Assembly (NCBI GenBank): GCA_051294375.1
Contig: CM119269.1
Coordinates: forward strand, 21,970,815-22,034,814
Direction: 5' to 3'
Length of the DNA stretch: 64,000 nt
From: Paraspadella gotoi
Lineage: Eukaryota; Animalia; Chaetognatha
In this document: positions 55,001 through 64,000 of the stretch, in pieces
Layout of the letters: every line of letters begins with the position of its first letter
How positions within the stretch are numbered: the stretch's first letter is position 1
Translations under genes and position numbers: made by a program
Notes under the pieces: model-generated
Told to the model about the DNA's origin: nothing
Seen by the model: only the letters and a program-made list of their open reading frames with translations
Databases searched by the model: none

Positions 55001-58000
55001 ACATAATGCGCTTGTCTCTAATGTCAACTAATTGAGCACCACCTCGTGAGTATGAATCTTTCAATCTGTCTTTTGCTACCTCTTTCCTACCAGTAAACAT
55101 CCAATTAATAACTTCTGTTTTCTATAGTCTCTATATCACCCCATGGAGGTGTCAGAACCTCAGTTCTGTACCACAATGTAGAATACAAAAAAACATTAGC
55201 CACTTTTGCTTTCCCTAATGTCGACACAGGTCTTCCTTTCCACAGACTCAATTTAGACCTAATTCCAGCAAAAACGGGGGTAAAATTCGCTCCAATCAAA
55301 TCACCATGTCCAACCCATAAACCTAAAACCTTAACCATATCTTTCCATGTTATACCACAAAAATTATTACTACTTCCCTTCAATGGCCCTAACCAAATCC
55401 CTACCGACTTATTCCTATTAACTCTTGAACCTGCAGCCCATTCATAACGAGCAGCTTTATTCATAAACCTCTCAACCGAAATCTCCGACCCAAGGAAACC
55501 TTGTGTATCATCCACATAAACTCCTACTTTTCTTTCAGAATTCCTAACTCTATACCTAATATATTATTATCTTTCCTAACTGAAGTAGCAAAAACTTCAG
55601 CTACTAAGATATATAAAGGCATGGATGGAGAATCGCCCTGCCTTAACCCTCTATCAACTCTAATCTCATCTGACCAATGACCATTCACCAAAATTCTACT
55701 GGTTACCATATTATAAAATGTTTTAACCCATTTTCTCAGATTTTCTCCAAATCCATATTTCCGTAAAGCTTTTAAAACAAAACTGTGTTCAACTCTCGTC
55801 AAAACATTTCTCAAGATCCAGAAAAACTAATAAGAAAAAATAAGAAAAAAATAAAAAATATAAATAATTTAAAGAAATAAAAGAAAGAAAAAAAATGTTA
55901 CAATTGTTTACAATTGGAAATTTTTAAAAATTTTTTCAATCATAGATTGTAAAAGATGTTATTTTTATTTGTATTAAAATTAAGATATAGCTTCTCATTA
56001 AAAAGGTCTTTTGATTTCACATGTTTTTTATTGATTCAAAGATTTGTTTATGAATTTCATCTTCAATATTATTTACTGCAATATGTAAATTAGATTAAAG
56101 CATTTCTATATACTAATTTGGATATTATAATGAGTACTATAATCTCATTTGCATTTTTTTTAACTTACTATAATCACACACTTTTATAAAACTTCATTGT
56201 AATTTATAATAATTTTTATTTAAAAAAAAGGTAATTCCTAGCCAAAACTATAAAAGCGTAGTAGTTTTTATATAAAAATGCGTGACTCCGCCGACGACGA
56301 CGACGACGACGTCACAAAGAAGTTCAACCAAATCAATATCGAGCCTGAACCGGCTTCGCCGGTAGGCTCGATAATAAATCAATGAATACTTACCACCTAA
56401 ATGATTTCGTTTAAACGCAATATGTTATATGATATTTTAATGTTTAAGATACTAAAAACGACAAAAACGGTTTTTCATATAATAGTTTCGACTACATGAA
56501 GTTGAAAAGTTGAGAATTTTGACTCTTTTTACAATTTTGACACTGTAGACATAAAAATTAGTGATAATATGTTTGGTTTTTTTTTATACTTTTTATGAGA
56601 AAGCTGAATCTTTAATAAAAAATTGTTTAAAATTATTTTGAAAAGTTTTTATTTCGTAGGGATAATACTATAAATATATTGTATTTTGCTTTCTCTGTTT
56701 CCGAAATAATATTGGAAAGCCCCTTTTCTCACCGCCGTCCCCTTCATCGTCTCCCTCGGTCTCTTTCACAAATTCTCTCGTTTTCCTTTTCTCTTCAAAT
56801 TTCACTTTTCGTCGTCGATTCTCGGTTCTTTCTCCTCCTGCGCCGCCGCGCCGTTTCCGCAGCTGCCACGGGGCGGCTGAAGCGGCGTCCCGGCGGCGGG
56901 CGTGAGAGGCGCGCCCATAGGCCACGCCTATTGGGACTTGGTCGGGATCGAAGCGGCGTCGAAAAGGGCGCCGCCGATGAGACGGAGCGTCGATGGAGGA
57001 AGAGTCCAAATCGCGGGTCTGAGAGGAAAATTGATGTATTTTATTCGTTTTATTTGATAGAATCGTAATAAATTCGATCGCACTCTGAAATGATTGGACT
57101 GTATTGTATTGTACTTTAAAGCTCTTGAATCGTATAGTTTTGTATTGTAGACATTTTTATGGAAAAAATATGAAGCATACTGCAGCTTCTATTTTCTTTT
57201 AAGATATAAAATTTTAAAGTACTAGCTTATTTATATTGTATGCTATACAGTTTTGGTTTATGCAAGAAATTTGATTTTTTTGGTTGAGAATTCCTTTTAA
57301 GGTATTTAAATAGTCCCACAATGTATAAATTCTTTATCTCATTAAATACAAAAGTTACAGAGGCTGGTGATATAATTTGTAATTTTTTTAAATTTAATTT
57401 TGTTAAAAGAAAATAAAACTCCTGATCTCTCCCTTTTATGTATAATACTGTATTTTTTCCTTAAAAATGCTTAGATGAAGTGCCATTGGGGTCATATCCA
57501 GAATATTTTTTTATTATCACAAATGCTGCAGTATTAATTTGTTTATGCTGTAAAAATTTGTAGTAATGATTTTTTCATTAATACTATGGTATTAATGAAA
57601 ATCTCCGATTTTTTATTTGAGAAATCTCAAAACCACCATAAAGAAACGCATTAGGTTGATCAATGATCATTGTAACTTTTGCAGGAGTGAAAATATTCAT
57701 ATAGTTGATTTTTAAATATGTCGGCGCGGAGCAAACATGACTCCTGGTTTTCGGTTGTTTCCCATACTAATGTTTTTTGACATAGCAAAACTAAATACAA
57801 TCCGAAAGATAAAAAAAATCCTTAACGATTCTTTTGCGTTAAAAAATAAAACAATTTTGTAAAACAATAGTGCGTGTGGGAGGATCAATTAGGGGGTAAG
57901 ATTTAAGTCCGAACTCTGTAGCTTCGACGTGTTGTATTGACGAAAATGCTGTATTAGACTCCATTGTTCTGTACTGTATCGTCTCATATATTATACAGAA

Positions 58001-58945
58001 TATTATACAGAATTATAAATTAATATATGTATAATAATATATTGTATAATATGTATATGATATGGTGGACTAAAATCCACCAACCGTTCATCAGTGGCCA
58101 TTGGTGCCAGAGGCAAGTCATTCGCCTCCCAAACCAAAGGTCCGGGGTTCTAGCCCGGTGGTCGCCTAGCAGTTTAGAGGGACGGGGCGCTTAACCCGCC
58201 TGTAAAACGGTGTTAAAGCCAGATCCGAAGCTCAGGGACTGCTTATATTGAACGGTTCTGTCATTAACACATAACAATAATTACTGTCTCTTCATTGGTG
58301 AGCCCGACTTCCGAACACAACAGCAACAACAACACTTTCAGGCGACATGCCTCAACCTGGCGATGCACTTTCCGCCCACAACACATCAGGCGGCATGCCT
58401 CAACTTGGTGACGAACTTTCCACCAACAACAATAATTCACTGAAGAGACGCAACAGACTTCTCCCTATGGGAGGGGGGCATGTATGGTTGACTAAAATCC
58501 ACCAACCATTCATCAGTGGCCATTGGTGCCAGAGGCAAGTCATTCGCCTCCCAACCCAAAGGTCCAGGGTTCTAGCCCGGTGGTCGCCTAGCGGTTAAGA
58601 GGGACGGGGCGATTAACCCGCCTGTTACACGGTGTTAAAGCCTGATCCGAAGCTCAGAGACTGCTTATATTGAACGGTTCTGTCACTAACACATAACAAT
58701 TATCACTGTCTCTTCAATGACATTGATTAATCTCAATCTTCAAACTAATTTTAACATTTTTTTTTTTCGGAGTATGAAGAGTAACAAACTGACAAAGAAA
58801 TTTGTAATACTGAATCATGGAGATCAATATAAAACATACTATTGAATTAACATACTAGAGCGTGGTGGTAGAGTTTCCTAATGTGTTGCAATTCGTCTTT
58901 AACATCATCTTCCTCCTCCTCCTCCTCCACATTACGAATTTCCAT
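36591..58945 (-). CDS. Gene B: very large acidic, low-complexity protein. Exons 58945-58856, 57018-56733, 52189-52104, 51124-51011, 50809-50728, 50331-50092, 49730-49486, 48782-48642, 48331-47165, [approx. 46818-46543, 46134-45747, 45098-gap-40520], 40321-40114, 39661-39490, 39266-38936, 38449-38312, 38224-38070, 37829-37641, 37434-37286, 36891-36804, 36687-36591
   Basis: Hand-spliced GT-AG exons are phase-consistent and open for the first nine and the last nine exons. The bracketed middle part is uncertain because of gaps, artefact duplications and one frame switch. Contains poly-D/E/H/G/N/S tracts and an acidic helical C-terminus. No family recognised. Confidence 0.7.
36908..37082. repeat. 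38-bp intronic minisatellite, about 4.5 copies
   Basis: Unit taaggatgacattgacgaagggaatttttgtttcatat. Confidence 0.95.
37818..37972 (-). repeat. 24-bp tandem repeat (6 copies) containing the splice acceptor of exon 37829-37641
   Basis: Minus-strand unit ttcttatcacAG|gtccattcaaaa. Confidence 0.9.
41801..44301. repeat. Cluster of very noisy direct/inverted re-copies of 41500-41775 and 44566-45240
   Basis: 42040-42430 resembles 41505-41770. 42634-42790 and 43590-43845 are reverse complements of 45080-45215 and 44566-44810. 43030-43400 mirrors 43740-44040. Bounded by gaps. Confidence 0.85.
47215..47360 (-). repeat. 24-bp coding tandem repeat (RSERIGGR-like, about 6 copies)
   Basis: Visible in ORF 47147-48232. 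Confidence 0.85.
49025..49370. repeat. 18-19-bp aagccaacgccaacatca repeat, interrupted by an unrelated ~165-bp segment
   Basis: Tandem units at 49025-49120 and 49290-49370. Confidence 0.8.
50839..50953 (+). mobile_element. Short HINE/DINE-like element (sister of 20186-20272)
   Basis: TTTTTAGTTGCGCAACT palindrome, ctataagtcacttt, then a gtcg/gtcc microsatellite. Confidence 0.55.
51318..52133 (-). repeat. 12 tandem copies of an exon end plus splice donor, separated by (GA)n
   Basis: Minus-strand unit gatgaacgtctgcttgagaagacatttCAG|GTGAGggtaatcg plus variable (ag)n. Confidence 0.95.
52252..52520. repeat. ~23-bp intronic minisatellite
   Basis: Unit tgatgcgatgataaccaaatgat. Confidence 0.9.
53510..55826 (-). 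mobile_element. 5'-truncated, degenerate L1/Tx1-clade non-LTR retrotransposon (ORF2 RT and C-terminus)
   Basis: RT motifs LDLEKCF.RVEH, RGLRQGDSPSMPLYIL, YVDDT, VKVLGLW, KLSLWKGRPVSTLGKAKVAN. Degenerate C-terminal Cys/His knuckle (CQLW..H..EC). Several frameshifts and stops; gtatt-repeat tail. Confidence 0.92.
56337..56373. other. Strong hairpin with a GCTTCGC/GCGAAGC apex
   Basis: tatcgagcct(ga)accggc-ttc-gccggt-aggctcgata, 16-bp stem with a 2-nt bulge. Confidence 0.75.
58094..58166 (+). ncRNA. tRNA-derived cloverleaf / Pol III promoter-like sequence in the 5' LTR (not a functional tRNA)
   Basis: 73 nt. Acceptor GTGGCCA/TGGTCGC, D-loop-like AGAGGCAA, loop CTCCCAA, variable region AGGTC, T arm CCGGG-GTTCTAG-CCCGG. 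The anticodon stem is degenerate. Confidence 0.65.
58516..58588 (+). ncRNA. tRNA-derived cloverleaf in the 3' LTR
   Basis: Same 73-nt fold as 58094-58166. Confidence 0.6.
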
Positions 58946-59691
58946 TTCGTAGACTTCAATAAGTTTGAGTTTTGGAACAGGGAAGTAGTGTTAGAATTGT
59001 TACAATTGTTAGAACTTTCAAGTTAAATCCACAAATGTAAGGAAGGATTTTTACATCTTTTTTTAAAAGTCAAGTATAATTTTCGTTTCTTAACATAGAT
59101 GAAGATTGCAGAGTGTTGAAGTCCTTCAATGGAAGACTGCAAGAGGCAAGATTTTTTTATGTAGCCTAAATTGTAGGCTAAACAGAGAGTATTTATTATT
59201 TATCTGTTAATAAACATTATTGATTCTCAACAGTTATCAGCAGTCGGAATTTATTTTTTTCATTAAAAAAAATAATAAAATTATTTTCTTTTCTTTTCTT
59301 TTCTTTTCTTTTCTTTTCTTTTCTTTTCTTTTCTTTTCTTTTCTTTTCTTTTCTTTTCTTTTCTTTTCTTTTCTTTTCATATATTTTCTTACAAAGCTTT
59401 TTTCTCTCTTTCTTTTTTCCTCCCTTTCCTCTTATTTCGTTCCTTCTCATTTTTTTAGTTCTTGCCCTTTTTTTGCTCTTCCATTGCTTTTCATTTGCTT
59501 TTTTCCCCTCTGCAATTTTTCTGCTTTATTCCCCCCCCCCACGCTCTTCTCTCCCATCCCTCTCGACTCATCGTCCCGTCGCTTTCAACTTCGACGGCGA
59601 AAAATTATTTTGGTTCCATCGGCGACTTTGATGCTGACGGCGTCGCGGCGGCGTCTTGTGAGGCGTTCTCGCCGCAAAGGGAGCGAGAGAG

Positions 59692-59773
<82 letters not shown>

Positions 59774-60448
59774 ACGTCCGCGAAAAAGAAGAGAATTTAT
59801 GGGTTTACGACAAGAAGCGATGGGTTTTATTGGGAGGGCCGTCGATTGGAGAAAAAGAGAGAATGACGAAGGATGACGAAACTCGTAAAAGTCTCGAGGT
59901 CGTTGGGGGGGAGGAGGAGGAAGGGGAGGAGGAGGAGGAGGAGGAGGAGGAGAGAGGGAGGAGGAGAGGAAGAGAGAAAGGGGTGATTTGGAGGTGAAAA
60001 GAGGGAGAGAGAGGAAAAATAGGTCGAGTTTTCTGGAATGTGAAATAAATTAATTGATTGATTGATTAATGATTTGATTGATTGATGATTGTTTATTTGA
60101 TTGATTGAATCAAGCAGGTATTTCTTAAGGACTCAATCAATTTGCTTGCTCCATCGCCTGACCGCCTTCCTCTCAGAAAATCTGGCCTGATTGTCCAATC
60201 GCCTTTTTGCTTCTTTAAACTCGAATCATTTTTGGCTCCAAAAAGTGAAACCGTGCGACTTCTCTTTCATTTGGCCTCAAAAATTATCGGCTGCCAATTT
60301 TTTTCTCCAATGCACTCTCAGTCTCATCGAATGATTTTTTGGGAACTATTTTCGGAAAGGGCCCAGTTAATGATCCTCATCCCTAAATTATATTATAACC
60401 CAAATAAGTAGTATTTAATATCAAATGTTATGTATTTGGATTTTTCAA

Positions 60449-61474
<1,026 letters not shown>

Positions 61475-61529
61475 ATTTTTAGTTGGACTTTATTAAAGAG
61501 ATATAGATAGAAGAGAGAGAAGGAGAGAA

Positions 61530-61560
<31 letters not shown>

Positions 61561-61772
61561 AAGAGAGAAAGAGAGAGAATGAGAGAAAGAGAGAAAGAGA
61601 GAGAAGGAGAGAGAGAGAGAGAAGGAGAGAGAGAGTAACAGAATTCTAACTATGTTTCGTCAAGTTGGTTAACTATGAATACTATGAATATGATAATTTA
61701 ATATCAACCCGTTCGCTTTTTCCCCGTAAAAATGGATTAATCTTTATTGGCGGCCACTTGTTTTTGTTTCTC

Positions 61773-61870
<98 letters not shown>

Positions 61871-63023
61871 TCTCTCTCTCACGGGGATCTTCCTGTTAAT
61901 TATTTTGATTTCTCATAGGATCTCGTCAGGACCGAATACAGAATCTCTCAGTTCGGCTGTGGGAAATTTTATTATGAACTGAAAGATACTAATTCTCTCT
62001 GAATGGTCAACCCAGAGAAAAATAACTTCTTTATTTAAAATTAAGAATAAAGATGAAAAAATAATATACATAATATTTAATAATTAATAATAACAAAAAT
62101 AGATAATACTTGACCTTTTAGCACAAAGAAATCTCTCCGTATGAGCGTAATTTACAGAATTGTTTTTAACATGACATTGTTTAATAATACCTATACCAAT
62201 TCCATACTTGGAATAGGATAAATCTAAAATAACTTTTAATAAGTTCAAACGACATTTTTTAATGACTCTGTTGACCAAATAAATACGAACCGTCACCGAT
62301 ACAAAAAAACGAGAAAACCGCTCAATCCGCAAAAGACCCAATATCAAAAATCAATCAACTTCATTTCCTTTACATAAAAAAAATGGAATTAAGATATCAG
62401 GGAAAAAAAATCCTAATCTCACGACGAAACTCGGGATTGCGGGGGGGGGGGCGGTGACCGTGAATTTAATCAAGAATAACCAAGAGACCTCATGAAACCT
62501 CACGGTGGAACCGTTCGTGACTTCTTAAATAAAGGTTTGGTTACCAGGGGAGTCCGCAGGGGGAGATAAATACTTTTAGGGAAATTAAGAAGGGTCGCTT
62601 GGCGGAGAGAGAGAAAAAAAAACCTTGAACCAATTTGACGCCAACTGGAGTAGTTTTGGTTTTAATCGAAGAATGACACTCATTTGGCATTCATGAATGA
62701 CATTCATTTGGCATTCATGAATGACATTTCTGAAATTCTTTAATAACTTCTTTTGGTTTTGGTTTTGGTTTTGGTTGATGTCTCGACAACGAAAGTTATT
62801 CCATTGCGGAATTCTTCAGGATAGTATTTAAGTGTATTAGCAATTTAGCTTATGTTATCGTCTTTAAGAACTTTTATTTCCTTCGCTTCGTTCACTTTAT
62901 GAATTTGACTTTTTCACCAGAAAAATCTTTTTTCACTTTTTCTCTGTCGCCCAAGTTTCCATCACACGACTAAAAATATAAAAAAAACGTTTCTGACCCG
63001 ATAACAAATCTTGACGTATCGTC

Positions 63024-63073
<50 letters not shown>

Positions 63074-63141
63074 CGGCAATCGGTTGCGTCTCCGATCTTT
63101 TCTCTCTTCCCTTTGATTACGACCGCGTGAAATCCTTTAAT

Positions 63142-63228
<87 letters not shown>

Positions 63229-64000
63229 TGTGTGCCTCTCTGTCTCTCTCGTCAAATCAGGTTTATCAAGGGATTTGTCTCGCCCTTTCGCTCATGAGCA
63301 ATTTGGTCTCGATTTGGCACCATGGAACCGTGACACCGTGACACCGTGGCACCATGGAACCGTGGCACCTTGGGAGCCTTTTAGGGGAACAGGATTAGCC
63401 GTCCTCCCCCCCCCCCGAGTTGGAGAGATTAAACGGTTTCAGTTGGAATAAAATCTGTGAGGGATCTTTTAGCCAATTCGTTTATCCATGGAATGCTTGA
63501 CTTATCAAATCTTCCATCACGCGGTCATACGAACAATAGAAACTTCAGTATCTAAGGTTTTTTTATTTCCATATCATTTACATTTATAAGTCGCAGATAA
63601 TTAAAAAAAATGACTACATCATTTAATGGAGTGGGAGGCTTTAAATCTCACCCTGGTTGTCACCTCCCGATGGACCTTTTTAAATCGATCCCCGGCATTC
63701 TACCCTTCAACTTTCATGGAAATGTATATTGTATAATGTATATATATTGTATAATGTATATTATAGTGTATAGTGTATTGTATACTGTTTAACGTGCAGC
63801 GAGCGGCAGTTGGGTTTTAACAGAAATTGGTTCAAACCATTTTGATATTGAATTTGTTTTCTTTAATATTGAACCCGTTTCCTTTATTTTTCTTTATTTT
63901 TATTTAGTTTTCTTTATTTTTCGATGGTCTTTACTTTCCAGCAGAAAAAGAATTTTAAAAAATAACATTATACTTTTAAACAACACTATTTTTCTCAATT

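Larger units (their letters stand above)
58058..58716 (+). mobile_element. TRIM (non-autonomous LTR retrotransposon): LTR 58058-58294, PBS 58296-58308, PPT 58469-58478, LTR 58481-58716
   Basis: Two ~236-bp direct repeats bounded by TG..CA, about 14 differences by eye. TGG-initiated PBS 1 nt after LTR1. Purine run directly before LTR2. No gag/pol coding. Confidence 0.9.

Noticed and set aside
56278-56361. Nested plus-strand first exon MRDSADDDDDDVTKKFNQINIEPEPASP
   Set aside because: Short, no downstream exon found, and the putative donor lies within a hairpin better explained as a repeat structure.
58094-58166. Functional tRNA-Gly(CCC) gene
   Set aside because: The anticodon stem is mostly unpaired, the T loop is out of register, and the sequence sits within an LTR.
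58347-58598. Conserved ~80-aa ORF MPQPGDALSA.. in the TRIM copies
   Set aside because: It runs from the internal repeat through the PPT into the LTR, and its middle differs between loci. Similarity follows from nucleotide homology, with no evidence of coding selection.
58058-58716. Hammerhead retrozyme or HDV-like ribozyme in the TRIM
   Set aside because: CTGATGA (minus strand) and CTGAAGA (plus strand) are present, but no stem II plus GAAA and cleavage triplet follow. The HDV pseudoknot order is not satisfied, and the tRNA fold explains the pairing better.
58057-58720. 4-bp TSD ATGA around the TRIM
   Set aside because: The left ATGA overlaps the TG that should start the LTR, and locus 1 shows no equivalent duplication. 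Not accepted.

Overview
This is AT-rich, microsatellite-rich eukaryotic DNA, probably from an invertebrate animal, in a draft assembly with GC-rich exons. Six gaps are exactly 25 N long. About a third of the window consists of indel-rich inverted or direct re-copies of neighbouring sequence (9.4-11.3, 13.8-20.2, 21.2-34.4 and 41.8-44.3 kb). These look like long-read gap fill or fold-back chimeras, partly from a second haplotype. Manual splicing gives two minus-strand genes with phase-consistent exons. Gene A is a coiled-coil repeat protein (at least 20943 to 11098, with a GC-AG intron). Gene B is a very large acidic, low-complexity protein (ATG 58945 to TAA 36591, about 20 exons). No gene symbol could be recognised for either. 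Mobile DNA includes a 5'-truncated L1/Tx1 LINE, Helentron-associated-like short elements, and a 1.9-kb TTA-flanked Harbinger-like insertion whose empty site is visible in the window. The best signal is a ~660-bp non-coding LTR element (TRIM) at two loci. It has TG..CA LTRs, a tRNA-Trp-like PBS and a PPT, and each LTR carries a 73-nt tRNA-like cloverleaf with Pol III A/B-box-like motifs. Two minisatellites are tandem amplifications of gene B's own splice donor (12 copies) and splice acceptor (6 copies).
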